The notes beneath the pieces are model-generated. The model searched no databases and was not told where the DNA came from. It worked only from the letters and a program-made list of their open reading frames with translations. A DNA stretch of 64,000 nt from Octopus vulgaris (Eukaryota). The DNA lies in NCBI GenBank assembly GCA_951406725.2, contig OX597837.1, forward strand, positions 5,332,001 to 5,396,000, in the 5' to 3' direction. A program made the position numbers and the translations under genes. Shown piece by piece: positions 28,065-42,706 of this stretch; within the stretch, counting starts at the first letter, position 1; each line of letters opens with the position of its first letter.

Positions 28065-29204
28065 TATATGTATGTACAAAGTATGTGGGGTTTATTTCAG
28101 AGGTGATCTAAACGATCAGGTACGCCAGGTAAGTGCTTTAACGGATTACTGGGGCACCAAAGTAAAAGCCGAAACGGTAGTTATGGAGCCATTGTATATG
28201 TCTTCAGATATTTGCCTTGCCTTAATGTTTGACGTCTTGTTTAACTAAGACTTCCGCCCCGGTGTCCGAAACTCTGAGTTTTATTATGACAAAATGATGG
28301 GTTCATTAGGTTAAGTTTTATTTGTAAAATACAGTTTCTTTGAATTTGCTTCAGAAAGAGGTTTATGTTTGTGATGGTTAGTTGGGGACGGAGGCACTAG
28401 GAATGGGGTTTGAGCCTCAAGGGGGCAGCAGCCAGAAAAAAGTTCGTCAAACACTGCTTTATATCTTTTACGGAGTCGATAAAATAAAGTACCAGTCAAG
28501 TCCTGGGGTCGTCTAATTCTCCCCCCTCTCCACTAAAACTGCCGATCTTGTCCCAAATTTGGGAACAATTACGTATAAAAATTACTTGTGTTATGTTTCG
28601 AAGTACTTCGTTTCTCATAAAATCTTGTTATTTCATTCGCAAAAATCTTGATAATGTTCTACTTTGAAACCGAATAAAACAATTAAGTCTTGTGTAACTC
28701 TCCTGGAATGGCTTCAAGCGTAAAAATAATTAATTATTGTTTTTTTTTTCTTTTACTTCATCAAAGACAAACATAGTTTTTGAAAGACGCAAATTGCATC
28801 AAAGACTTTAACTGTTGATTATGCTAATATTTATTTTTGGTTTAGTCTGAAGAACAAAAGAGTCAATGTGGAATTTTAGTAGGGTTTCTGAGACTGAAGA
28901 CTCGTGTATGTGTGTGAGTTTGAGTGAGTGTGTGTGTGTGAGTGTGTATGTATGTGTGTGTATGTGTGTGTTTATGCGCGTGTGCTTGTGATGAATTTCC
29001 ATAATTTATGGGTTCTTTCGAATATCCTGTTCACAGAAATCCTGATCGCAGAAAACATACAAAAGAATGACCCAGATAATGGTCAACAATCCCCTGTCCG
29101 TGGTTTTACACTGAGTGACCGTTTAAATCTACTACTTTACGTTAGGTACATCCCGTTCACTCTACCTCGGCTCGCTTCACCGTTTATCCAAAGTCAATCT
29201 CACG

Positions 29205-29368
29205 AGGTACAAGTATACGAAGCCCAGTATACCCGTCATGACTACCCGTCTGATAAGGGTACACCAGGCACATGCATCACAACAATATGTGCGCAACATG
29301 GTGATCTCAAATCAAGATAAACAGCACATGACCTTGCAGGTAAGGCCCAGTTGGAATTATCTTCTTGT
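29205..29368 (-). mobile_element. Fragment of the non-autonomous (TAA)n-associated element
   Basis: CCCAGTATACCCGTCATGACTACCCGTCTGATAAGGGTACACC matches the equivalent segment of the copy at 39471-39998. Confidence 0.75.
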
Positions 29369-30068
29369 CGAAGCTTTGATAAAGGACATTGGTCTCAAGG
29401 GCCGTACAATGGGATCGAAGCGAGTGCAGTTAAATTCTTCAACTTAAACAGTTATACCCATGTCCTTATCATTATCTACAAGGCTTTCTCAGGATCATGT
29501 GGTAACTCCGGAAAAGAATGTTATACATTATTTCATGAAAGCAGAAGTGAGGGTGAAAAACCACCTCAATAAATATGCTGCTTTTACGTTTTCTTTTAAT
29601 AAAAGAAGGGGAAGAACACGGGTGAGAGTTGGTGTGAGTAGCTTGCGAGATATACGTTGAAGGAGGAAGCAAAGCGTGAATCAGGGATGGAAGAATTTCT
29701 TTGACGTCAACACTTACATTGCTTTTGTTCACAGTACAATCGAAACCAGGGTCGGTGCAGAGTTGATTTTGACGTTGCCGTCTCTGTTGTATTGATGCGC
29801 TGCTTATTAGATGTATGCAGTGGGAGTTACTTTATTGGGCAGTGATTCTGTAGAATATGGTGCTGTACGAGTTGTGTTATGTTACTGAGAGACGATTGTG
29901 TAGAGCAATAGATCTCAACCCGGGGTCCATGTGATCCTTGAGGGCCAATTATAATTTTGTTTTAAAAATTATGTGCAACAAATTATTTATACTTCCACAA
30001 TACTCAAAATATTTCATCACTTTATCAATACATTTCCTTTAATATTTAACTATAGAAATATCATTCTA

Positions 30069-30594
30069 TTGGGCTGTCCGGAAAATTCGTGCCGATTTAT
30101 AGTAGCTTACCTTTCCACTTATTTTCGAACATGGTTGGGTCCATAAAATAGGATTTGACTACACCTCCATTTAGAGCACAGTATAAGCTATCTTTTCCTG
30201 GAAGAAGGTTTATGTTCCTATAACCTGTGTTAATTCTGTAACCCTTTAAAATGGAAGATAAGAAAGTTCCTTTTCGGCACTTGATGCTTTGGGAACACAT
30301 CTCGGTTGGGATGTGTTACCCCATCTTCCATATTCACCAGATATTGCTCCTTCGCAGAATAGTCTTAATGGTAAAAAATTCAATTCCTTGGATGACGTAA
30401 AAAGATACCTTGATGAATTCTTTGCCATGAAACCACCTCAATTCTGGGAAGAGGGTATTTTCAAGTTAAAGGAAAGATGGAAACGCATTGTTCAATAAAA
30501 TGGTTCATATTTGGTGGATTAAAAATGTAATGGCAAGTATTTATTGACCTTTTTCTTTCCTTTAAAATCGGCACGAACTTTTCGGACAACCCAA
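30069..30594 (+). mobile_element. Mariner deletion derivative with TIRs and TA target duplication
   Basis: TA|TTGGGCTGTCCGGAAAATTCGTGCCGATTT ... AAATCGGCACGAACTTTTCGGACAACCCAA|TA. Retains the transposase C-terminus LGWDVLPHLPYSPDIAPS...KLKERW. Confidence 0.9.
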
Positions 30595-30668
30595 TATATT
30601 TAAGAGATGAGAAATTATGTACATTATTTACATTCTTTACATTACTTACATTTGGCGGTTATTCATGG

Positions 30669-30763
30669 GTATACCCATCATGACGAGTAGCCATGATGGG
30701 TATACTGGGCTTCGTATATTTTACCCCAGTGTCACTTTGACGGAATGCACAGCTCTCTCACTC
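30669..30763 (+). mobile_element. 3' end of the (TAA)n-associated element; the Dong-like element lies in its (TAA)n tail
   Basis: Ends CAGCTCTCTCACTC-(AAT)n, like the copy at 6205-6337. Confidence 0.75.
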
Positions 30764-30770
30764 AATAATG

Positions 30771-30827
<57 letters not shown>

Positions 30828-30842
30828 GTAGTAGTAGTAGTA

Positions 30843-30932
<90 letters not shown>

Positions 30933-30933
<1 letters not shown>

Positions 30934-32933
30934 GCAACTGGAAGGCACCTGGGCATGACAAGATCCCCAACTTCTGGTTGAAATATCTAACAGGAATGCA
31001 CAAAAAGCTGGCTGAAAACTTTAACAACGTACTAGCAGAGCCAGAGACAATGCCTGAATGGCTCACGAAGGGGAAAACCATCTTAATTCCCAAATCAAAT
31101 GAAACAGAAAAACCAGAAAACTACAGACCAATAACCTGCCTCCCTACTATGTTCAAGGCATTTACTGCAGTGATATCACAAAGGCTGAACAAGCACCTGG
31201 ACGAAAACAAACTGTTCCCAGAAGAGCAGAAAGGATGCCGCAAAGGCTCATATGGCTGTAAAGATCAACTAATGATTAATAAAGCCATAACTGAAGACAG
31301 CCACAGAAAGAAGAAAGGCCTCAGTATGGCCTGGATTGACTACAAAAAGGCGTTTGATAGCATCCCCCACACATGGATCCTCGAAACACTAGCCATTAAC
31401 AAAGTAGCACCAACAATCATAAAATTCATAGAGCACTCTATGAATAAATGGCAAACAGTCCTACACCTCCAAACAAAAGAGGGACTCATGAAAACCAAAG
31501 ACATCCCCATTAGAAGAGGAATATTCCAGGGAGACACGCTCTCTCCACTCCTTTTCTGCTTGGCACTGTCACCTCTATCTGATATGCTAAATAGAACTGG
31601 ATGCGGATATAAATGTTACGGCAAAACGATCAGCCACCTTTTATATATGGATGACCTAAAACTATACGCTGCAAATGACAAACAGCTGGAAACACTATTA
31701 AAGACAGTTCATGGATTTACCAAAGAAATAGATATGAAATTTGGATTAGAAAAATGCGCCAAAGTAACCATGAAAAGAGGAAAACTAGTTAAGAGTAACA
31801 ACATCACACTAGATAAAACCAATGAAATAAAAGAATTAGACCAAAGCCAAACTTACAAATACTTAGGAATCCATGAACTAGATAAGACACAACACACACA
31901 AATGAAAGAGAAAATAAAAAAAGAATATTATAGACGAGTTAGATCAATACTAAACACAGAGCTCAATGCTAAAAACAAGATAATAGGTATCAACACTTTA
32001 GCTGTCCCAGTTATAAGTTACAGCTACAATATCCTTAACTGGACACGAAATGAACTGACCAAAATAGATAGGAAAACAAGAAAAATAATGACAGGATCTA
32101 GGATGCATCACCCAAAATCTGACATAGAAAGACTATATATACAACGTATGGAAGGTGGTAGAGGCCTTATACAACTGGAAAACTACTATAAAATAACCAC
32201 CATAGGACTGCAAAAATATCTACTTCAGAAGGAAGGAAAACTGATCCAGATAGCGGCAAAACACGAGCAAAACAAAAAACTGTTCTCAGTATTTAAGGAA
32301 GCTGACAAATACAAACAAGAAATCATACCACCTAATAAACATGAAGAAGAAGAAGAAGATGAAGAAACAACAAAAGCTATAAAACAAATGAAATCCAAAC
32401 TAAAAACAGAACAGCAACGAACCATGATAAAACGATGGCAAGAAAAGCCCCTTCATGGTAAATACTGCACTAAACTAAACGCAAAAGAAATAGACAAAGA
32501 AAAATCCCAGCAATGGTTGAGAAGCTCAGGACTCAAAGCAGAAACAGAGGGATTTTTAATTGCAGCACAAGACCAAAGCCTCCCCACCAGAAATTACCAA
32601 AAACATGTAATGAAAAGAAATATTACAAGTAACTGCAGAATATGTGGAGATGGACAAGAAACAATAAATCATATTATCTCTAGCTGCCCAGTCCTGGCTA
32701 AGAAGGAATATATTCACAGACATGACAGAGTTGGAACCTACATACATTGGAAGCTATGCCAACATTATGGAATAACAACAGAAAAAAGATGGTATAGGCA
32801 CACACCAGAAAAGGTCACAGAAAACGAGAAAGCAACCATACTCTGGGATATGCCGATACACACAGATAGAGAAATTAAGGCCAACAGACCAGATATAGTT
32901 GTCAGAGATCATGAAGAAAAAAATGCTTTTTAA
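30933..32933 (+). CDS. Dong/R4-like reverse transcriptase, zinc knuckle and N-terminal half of the RLE nuclease (5'-truncated, no start codon)
   Basis: Open frame of ~2 kb from SNWKAPGHD to RPDIVVRDHEEKNAF*. The upstream poly-Ile in the ORF track is the microsatellite. Confidence 0.85.
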
Positions 32934-33303
32934 TTGATGTATCAATACCGGCAGATGACAACGTGTCTCTAAAAGAAATGGAGAAACTCTCAAAATACAA
33001 AGACCTGGAAATAGAGGTAACTAGAATGTGGAATCTGAAAACAGAAACAATTCCTATCATAGTAGGTGCATTAGGCATGATAAAAAAATATTCAGACAAA
33101 TACATAACAAAAACACCAGGACTTACAAACACATATAACATACAGAAAATTGCACTACTAGGCACTGCCCACATCCTACGCAGAACACTTTCCATACAAT
33201 AACCATCAGAGCATCACAACAAATCACAGCACATACCCAAGGGCCCACAGAGCTGCGCTCGGTAGTGAAGTGAAAGCACGCTATAAAAATAAAAATAAAA
33301 CTA

Positions 33304-33306
<3 letters not shown>
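30934..33306 (+). mobile_element. 5'-truncated R4/Dong-clade non-LTR retrotransposon (RLE type) inserted in (TAA)n
   Basis: RT (KAPGHD, GIFQGDTLSP, YMDDLKLY), CCHC knuckle (CRICGDGQETINHIISSC), RHD motif, PD..D..K nuclease (RPDIVV / IDVSIP / KLSKY), ~100-bp 3' UTR; (TAA)n on both sides. Confidence 0.93.
32921..33202 (+). CDS. C-terminal half of the Dong/R4 RLE nuclease in the -1 frame
   Basis: KCFLIDVSIPADDNVSLKEMEKLSKYKDL...TIPIIVGALG...GTAHILRRTL*. One extra A in the A7 run at 32917-32923 would fuse it to the upstream frame. Confidence 0.8.
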   Translation, partial: KCFLIDVSIPADDNVSLKEMEKLSKYKDLEIEVTRMWNLKTETIPIIVGALGMIKKYSDKYITKTPGLTNTYNIQKIALLGTAHILRRTLSIQ

Positions 33307-33352
<46 letters not shown>

Positions 33353-33367
33353 GTAGTAGTAGTAGTA

Positions 33368-33425
<58 letters not shown>

Positions 33426-34086
33426 TAATAATAATATGTGGATAACTAGTATGACGCCATCTTTCTCTAAAGGAAGACTCTGTATTACTCGTTTGTTTTC
33501 ATCAGTTTGGCCATCAAGAATATTCCTGAATAAAGAAAAAAATTATTTCAATAGAAGCAGGAAAAAAATGAAATAAAATGAATTCAAATAAACTACAACA
33601 AGAACAAGAACAACAACAAAACAATTCTCATCAAACTTGGTAATACATTAAATGTGATGAAATGTTGAAAAATTTTGAAAAAAGAAAATAAAAACCACAA
33701 CCAGTACCACCACCACTACCACCACCACCACCACCACCACCACCACCACCACCACTACCACCATTACCATCACCACCACCACCACCACCACCACCACCAC
33801 CACCACCATCGCCACCACTATTACTCCCAAAACGGCAGTACGATCATCACTACCACCACAATCACCGTCATCACCACAACTACTACTATCATCAGCGCCA
33901 CCACCACCAACACAACCACTACCAACACCACCACTATCAACAACACCGTCGCTGCTGCCGCCGCCACCACCACTGTTGGTGTTGCCACCACAGTTACATA
34001 CGCGTCTTTAATTGAATATTCCACTAGAAATTGGTTTCAATCTTTATTCCATTTTCATACGACGAGCATCTATTGTATAATCCATA

Positions 34087-34121
<35 letters not shown>

Positions 34122-34137
34122 AATAACAATAATAATG

Positions 34138-34183
<46 letters not shown>

Positions 34184-34203
34184 TATTAATAATAATAATA
34201 ATG

Positions 34204-34309
<106 letters not shown>

Positions 34310-34329
34310 TAATAATAATAATAATAATG

Positions 34330-34431
<102 letters not shown>

Positions 34432-34751
34432 TTAATAATAATAATAATAATGATGATAATAATGGTGATAATGATAATAATGAGGAGGAAGAGGAGGAGG
34501 TGGAGGAGGAAATAGCCAAGAATACGGAAACCAAACTACAAAAAACAAACAAACAACAAAACAAAACGACAACAAAAAGAAAAGCAATAAACATGTCGAG
34601 CTGCAATGAAATAATAATCGAAGTTTTCATTGGTGTGAAGCGCATTATTCTGAAATGGGCGCCATCTTGTATGCTAACTTCTTTATGAAATCTATATACA
34701 TGTGTATGTACACACTCGCACGCATACATGCATACATACATATTTGAGCAT

Positions 34752-34816
<65 letters not shown>

Positions 34817-34861
34817 AACACACCACACACGCATGTATATATATATATATATATGCACATT

Positions 34862-34900
<39 letters not shown>

Positions 34901-34901
34901 G

Positions 34902-35390
<489 letters not shown>

Positions 35391-35435
35391 TCATATATAT
35401 ACATATACACACATATATATACCTGCATAATATAT

Positions 35436-35468
<33 letters not shown>

Positions 35469-35918
35469 TACATACATATATTACACCCAAATGCATATAA
35501 GTGTCTGTTTTTGCTTGTGTGTGTGTGTATATTTGACTATATAGTATACACACGGGCACACACAAGTGATAGTTAATGTAATGCAAATGTGCTTATGTTT
35601 TATACAGCAGTAAAACTACCCATTTTAATTTGAAAATTGAAATTTTGAAATCTACAAGCATAGACCCATTCATATACACACATATCTCCACTACCATTTT
35701 CACATAAACGCTGAGACACATTTGTATACAAACGTATATATATATATATATATATATATATGCAGGCGTACGTGCGTATGTATGCATATAGGAGCTGGCC
35801 TGGATGTTTGGTTAGGAAGTTCGTTTCGAAACTGTGTTTTTTAATGGTTAAATTGCACTGCACAGCACCTTTGAGTAGGTTTTGTATTTCTGGATTCGTT
35901 TGTTTGGGTTGTATCATA

Positions 35919-36483
35919 TTGGGTTGTCCGAAAAGTTCGTGCCTTTTTTTAAAGGAAAGAAAAAGGTCAATAAATAGTTGCCATTACATTTTTAATCAAC
36001 CAAATATGAAACATTTTGTTGCACAATGCGTCTCTATCTTTCCTTTAACTTGAAAATACCCTCTTTCCAGAATTGAGGTGGTTTCATGGCAAAGATTTCA
36101 TCAAGGTATCTTTTTACGTCATCCAAGGAATTGAATTTTTTACCATTAAGACTATTCTGTAGAAATTTAATAAGTGGAAATCCGAAGGAGCAATATCTGG
36201 TGAATATGGAAGATGGGGTAACACATCCCAACCGAGATGCAGCAAATTTGGTCTGGTTCCCAAAGCATCAAGTGCCGAAAAGGAACTTTCTTATCTTCCA
36301 TTTTGAAGGGTTACAGAATTAACACAGGTTATAGGAACATAAACCTTCTTCCAGGAAAAGATAGCTTAAACTGTGCTCTAAATGGAGGTGTAGTCAAATC
36401 CTATTGTATGGACTCAACCATGTTCTAAAATAAGTGGAAAGGTAATCTGCTATAAATCGGTACGAACTTTCCGGATAACCTAA
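35919..36483 (-). mobile_element. Second mariner deletion derivative, same family, opposite orientation
   Basis: TIRs TTGGGTTGTCCGAAAAGTTCGTGCC and ...GGTACGAACTTTCCGGATAACCTAA, both TA-flanked. The minus strand encodes PYSPDIAPSDFHLL...QNSLNGKKF. Confidence 0.9.
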
Positions 36484-36499
36484 TAGAATTGGTAGTGTT

Positions 36500-36975
36500 T
36501 TGCGTAGGATGCAGGCTGTTCCTATTCTTTGTATTGAGTGCAGTTTTGAGGGTCCAGGCATAGCACCTACGTTTTTCTTCATGTTTTATTTTTTATCATA
36601 TCCAATGCTCCGATTATTACTGGTATTGTTTTCACCTTTATGCCTCAATTTGGAGTTTTTTTACTTTGACAATTTCTTCACTTCTTTATTGGCCATATTT
36701 TAGTCCGATGGGTCTACAATGCTCCTCAACAAGCAGATGTATCTTTTCTCCAATCCTTGATTATTATGTCTGGGCAGTTTGTTTTTATTTCTTTGTCAGT
36801 TCGAATAAACATATTCCAGATGATTGTGGCCTGGCCGTTGTTATGTACCTTGTTTGGCATATGTTTTTACAATTTCTTATCAGTTTTTAATGATGTAGTG
36901 TCGGTATATATTGTCCAGTAGATATAACTACTTACTCGGTCATGCCTGTATATATATTCAGATTTTACAAGGGCT
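36500..36975 (-). pseudogene. Old, frameshifted R4/Dong-like RLE nuclease remnant
   Basis: Minus-strand fragments EYIYRHDRVSSYIYW, ATIIWNMFIRTDKEIKTNCPDIIIKD, KVKTIPVIIGALDMI and GTACILRKTL parallel the C-terminus of the 30934-33306 element. Confidence 0.8.
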
Positions 36976-37079
36976 TATTACTATTATTGAAACACCGGTA
37001 TGAATATAATCGTGTGGACCCTCACACCAAATTTCAGGCCTTGTGCATTTAGTATAAATGATTATCATCGTTATAACCC

Positions 37080-37113
<34 letters not shown>

Positions 37114-37115
37114 CA

Positions 37116-37162
<47 letters not shown>

Positions 37163-38502
37163 GGAATAAGAAGGAAAAAGAGATGATGAAGAAGGAAAAG
37201 AAGGAGAAGAAGAAGAAGAAGAAAAAGAAGAAGAAGAAGAAGAAGAAGAAGAAGAAGAAGAAGAAGAAGAAGAAGAAGAAGAAGAAGAAATACTTAGGAA
37301 GGAAGTCTAAATTAGAACGAACGTTATGTAGTTTGTAAGCGTAAGTGCCTCGAGGTAGGGGGGGGGGCGAGGAGAATTTTTTTCTTCCTTTTGCAAATCT
37401 CCTCCGTTTTTATCCGAGGAGAAAATGCAATAAAAATATAATAAAATAAGGATTAATTTTTCTTTTTTTACATCTTCGGATAAATTACATTGAGATGAAG
37501 TGATCAAATTTTCCAGCTTGTTGGTCTTTTAGAAGTCTCAGAATCTCTTTTGAGTTACTTTGGATTAATGGCATCCGTGAAAGAAGTAACGATACAAAGA
37601 CTATTACGTAGGAAGAAAATGGAGGATAAGTTGAGAATAGTGTAAGCATTTTAAAGGAACTAAAGATGAGAGAGAAAGGGAATGAATGGGAGGGGAGAAA
37701 GGGGAGGAGAATTGGAAGATCTATAAGAAGGTGAAGAAAAGGGAGGTGGATGCGGAGAGGATGGTTGTTGATTGTGTTGAGAGTGAGGATGGTGAAGACG
37801 ACGACGGCAAAGAAGATAAAGATGAAGAAGAGGAGATGGAGGAGGAGGATAGGAATAGGAGGATGGACGATAAAGAAGAAAGAGATGGAAGAGGAAGCGG
37901 AGGAGGAAGGCAGGATGCTGATCAAGATGAGGATGGTATTGGCGACGGTGATGATGACGAGGAAGAAGAGAAGGAAGATGTTGATGATGATTAAGATGAT
38001 GATATAGAAGAAGAAGAAGAAGAGGATGTGGAAGATTAAAGAAGGTAGAAGGAAAAAAAGATGACGATGAAAACAAATAAAATAGATAATAAAAGACAGA
38101 CAAAAATTAAGAACGTTAAAGGAAAGAAAAAAACTGAATAGAGAAGATAAGAGGAAGAAACGAAAGAAAATACAGTAATAAGAATTAAGAAAGAAATGAA
38201 TAACTAAAAAGAAGAAAAATAAAGAAGAAAGATGAAAGAGATAAGGAAGAGTTATAATAAAAATAAAATAAATTCAAAACAAATTCAAAATAAATTTCTG
38301 TATATACTTATTTACGATATTAAGTTTCAGAGAAAAATTCTATTTCTTTTCGTTAAATAGTTTCATCTTAGTTGTTCACGTGATCTTATCTGTTTGTCGA
38401 ATCTGCTGCTGCTGCTAAGGTTTGAACTGGTTCACTGGGCCACTAGGTACACATCCGAGTTCTTTGTATTGCAATATCCAGCTATTCATTCATGCATGCT
38501 AA

Positions 38503-38540
<38 letters not shown>

Positions 38541-38891
38541 CATCTATCGGTATTTCTGGCTCTTCTATAAGAAACCGTAGGTGGTGTAATTTTTGCTAAA
38601 AAAACCCCCAAAAAACCCAAATGCCAAAAAAAAAAAAGAAAAAAAAAGAAAATACCTAATTGGCACACATGTTTGGCTTTAGCAAAGAAAGAAGAAGAGA
38701 AGGAGTAGCGCCTGATATATTTTGTTTTGCAGGGACTCTTGACAATGATGGTAGTGGTGACGGTGGTGTTGGGTGGGGGCAGGATCTGGTGCCATAGTCG
38801 TCATCATCATCACCATCATCATCATCATCACCACCACCACCACCACCACCACCACCATCATCATCACCATCAGCATCAACATCACCATCAC

Positions 38892-38945
<54 letters not shown>

Positions 38946-38966
38946 CATCATCATCACCACCATCAC

Positions 38967-38998
<32 letters not shown>

Positions 38999-39014
38999 CC
39001 ATCATCACCATCGC

Positions 39015-39048
<34 letters not shown>

Positions 39049-39069
39049 GTCATCACCACCACCACCACC

Positions 39070-39232
39070 AGGGCGAAATGCTTAGCAGTATTTCGTCTGT
39101 CGTTACGTTTTGAGTTCAAATTCCGCCGAGGTCGACTTTGCCTTTTATCCTTTCGGGCTCGATTAAATAAGTACCAGTTAAGCACTGGGGTCGATATAAT
39201 CGACTTAATCCGTTTGTCTGTCCTTGTTTGTA
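39070..39232 (+). mobile_element. SINE family B (head truncated), abutting a (TAA)n-element copy
   Basis: GGGCGAAATGCTTAGC...GAGTTCAAATTCCGCCGAGGTCGACTTTGCC...AAGTACCAG matches 25549-25782. Confidence 0.8.
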
Positions 39233-39233
39233 C

Positions 39234-39337
39234 TGAGCAGAATATTTGCTGTAGCCCATCTTTTATACCAAGACATAAATACATAACACTTCCAATCATT
39301 TAAGACCAGAAGCCACGAAAGCCTCTGCTTGGTATTG

Positions 39338-39340
<3 letters not shown>
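39234..39340 (-). mobile_element. 5' part of the (TAA)n-associated element
   Basis: TGAGCAGAATATTTGCTGTAGCCCATCTTTTATACCAAGAC is shared with 39905-39945 and nearly identical at 41117-41157. Confidence 0.75.
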
Positions 39341-39402
<62 letters not shown>

Positions 39403-39470
39403 CCATCACCATCATCATCATCACCATCATCATCATCATTATTATTAATATTATTATTATTATTATTATT

Positions 39471-39997
39471 GAGTGAGGGAGCAGTGCATGCCATCAAAGT
39501 GACACTGGATACAAATATATGAAGCCCAGTATACCCATCATGACTACCCGTCTGATAAGGGTACACCAGGCACATGCATCACAACCATAAGTGCGCTACA
39601 TGGTGATCTCATATCAAGATAAACAGCGCATGACCTTGCAGGTGGGGCCCAGTTAGAATGTTCTTCTGGTCAAGTAGCCCATCCCGCTCAGCTGGTCCCT
39701 GAATAAGGATTGTTTAAAGATGTTGAACGAACCATCCATGTTTCCAGGGGTGAATTATTCAAACCCCAAAGAATTCCTCTCAACACATGGCTATGATGCT
39801 CCCCGACTACTTCTGCTCATGATCAGAGATGCACATATCATCAGCCACTGAGGGACATGCTCAACTGGTTATGGTCAAACAACTGACAAGCAAATCTGTG
39901 GTATTGAGCAGAATATTTGCTGTAGCCCATCTTTTATACCAAGACAACACAATGTACATGATAACACTTCCAATCAGTTAAGATCAGAAGCCATGAG

Positions 39998-39998
<1 letters not shown>
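39471..39998 (-). mobile_element. Longest copy (~530 bp) of the non-coding (TAA)n-associated element
   Basis: Flanked on both sides by (ATT/ATC)n. No tRNA head or coding motif seen. Homologous to five other fragments in the window. Confidence 0.8.
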
Positions 39999-40900
<902 letters not shown>

Positions 40901-41240
40901 GAGTGACACTGGGGGTACAAATGTCCGAAGCTTAATATAGCCATCATGATTACCCGTCTGATAAGGTACACCAAACTCCACAAGATTCCTTTCAACACGT
41001 TGCTATGATGTTCCCCAAGTGCTTGTGCTCGGGATCAGAGATGCACATACCGTCAGCCACCAAGGGACATGCTCAACTGGTTAAGGTCAAACAACCGACA
41101 AGCAAATCTGTGGTATTGAGCAGAATATTTGCTGTAGCCTATCTTTTACACCAAGACAAAACAATGTACATGATAACTCTTCCAATCAGTTAAGATCAGA
41201 AGCCACGAGACCCACTGCCTGGTACTGCATCGGGGCTTTT
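40901..41240 (-). mobile_element. Internally deleted copy of the (TAA)n-associated element
   Basis: Same ends as 39471-39998. A deletion near the 3' end joins GAGTGA to CACTGG via GTGA microhomology. Confidence 0.75.
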
Positions 41241-41241
41241 A

Positions 41242-41450
<209 letters not shown>

Positions 41451-41676
41451 TTATGTTTGACTTTTGCTTTATATTTGTACAAGTTGGCTCCAAGTCTCAT
41501 CTAGAGACCTCAAGAGACCACAGGTTGGAAGTTCATGTTGTTGTTATGCCTAGTGTGCCATATATTTGGTTTTGTATTTGGTGTTGTACTAGTGAATGTC
41601 TTAAAAAAAACATACGAAAATTATGTTTGTTTTATAACTTGAGATTACATAGAAAGTATTTTGCATAGAAATATTA

Positions 41677-41782
<106 letters not shown>

Positions 41783-42379
41783 CTTCAACATCGTTATTGT
41801 TTTCTTCGAACGCTTCCCAAGATATTACTTATGACTTTAAGGGACAAGACAAGACGAGTGATGGATGATTGAATACTTTCGCCTACCTGTGATGTCTCCC
41901 ACCAAGAAACATGAAACGGGACAATATGTCACAGCCATGCAGTTAAAAAAGAAGAAAAACTAATAATAAACACTTGTTAAACACGTGATATAAGAGTTTA
42001 TGAAAAAAAATGAAAATCAACCATCACCATCACCATCACCATCACCATAATCATCAACACCACCATAACGATCACCACCACCACCACAACCATCACCATC
42101 ACCATAACGGTCACCACCACCACAACCATCACCACCACTACCATCACCCTGTCGTCGTCATCGCGCTATCATCATCATCATCATCATCATTATTATCATC
42201 GTCGTCGTCGTATTCGTTGTCGTCGCGTCATCATCATCATCGTCACCACCGCCACCACCATAGCCACCACCATAGCCACCACCACCACCATCATCATTAT
42301 CATCATCATCGCCATCATCTTCATCGTCATCATCGTCATTGTTGTCGTCGTTGTCATCATTATAGCTATGTTCCACTTC

Positions 42380-42706
42380 ATTCTCCTCTTCCTTCTCCTT
42401 TTCCTCTTCCCCCTCCTTCACCTCTTCGTCCTCCTTCACGTCTTCGTCCTCCTTCACCTCTTCGTCCTCCTTCACCTCTTCGTCCTCCTTCACCTCTTCT
42501 TCCTCTTCCTTCTCCTCTTCCTCCTCCTTCACCTCTTCGTCCTCCTTTACCTCTTCGTCCTCCTTCTCCTCTTCATCCTCCTTCTCCTCTTCATCCTCCT
42601 TCTCCTCTTCCTCTCCTTCGTCGTCTTCCTCCTCTTCGTCGTCTTCCTCCTCATCTTCCTTCTCATCCTCCTCCTTCTCCTCTTCGTCCTCCCCCTCCTC
42701 TTCATC
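42380..42706. repeat. Pyrimidine-rich 18-bp minisatellite (CCTCTTCGTCCTCCTTCA) and related low-complexity sequence
   Basis: Unit repeated directly; it produces the EDEEVK-repeat ORF on the minus strand. Confidence 0.75.

Noticed and set aside
28245-28290. GAAACTCTGAGTT resembling helix III of the 53094 motif
   Set aside because: No core box or helix I upstream.
37686-38007. Acidic/basic ORFs in purine-rich sequence
   Set aside because: Low-complexity GA-rich DNA with no recognisable motif.
41190-41240. HDV-like ribozyme at the 5' end of the (TAA)n element
   Set aside because: A P1-like pairing (AAAAGCC/GGCTTCT) exists, but I could not build a consistent P2, P3 and J4/2 with the catalytic C.
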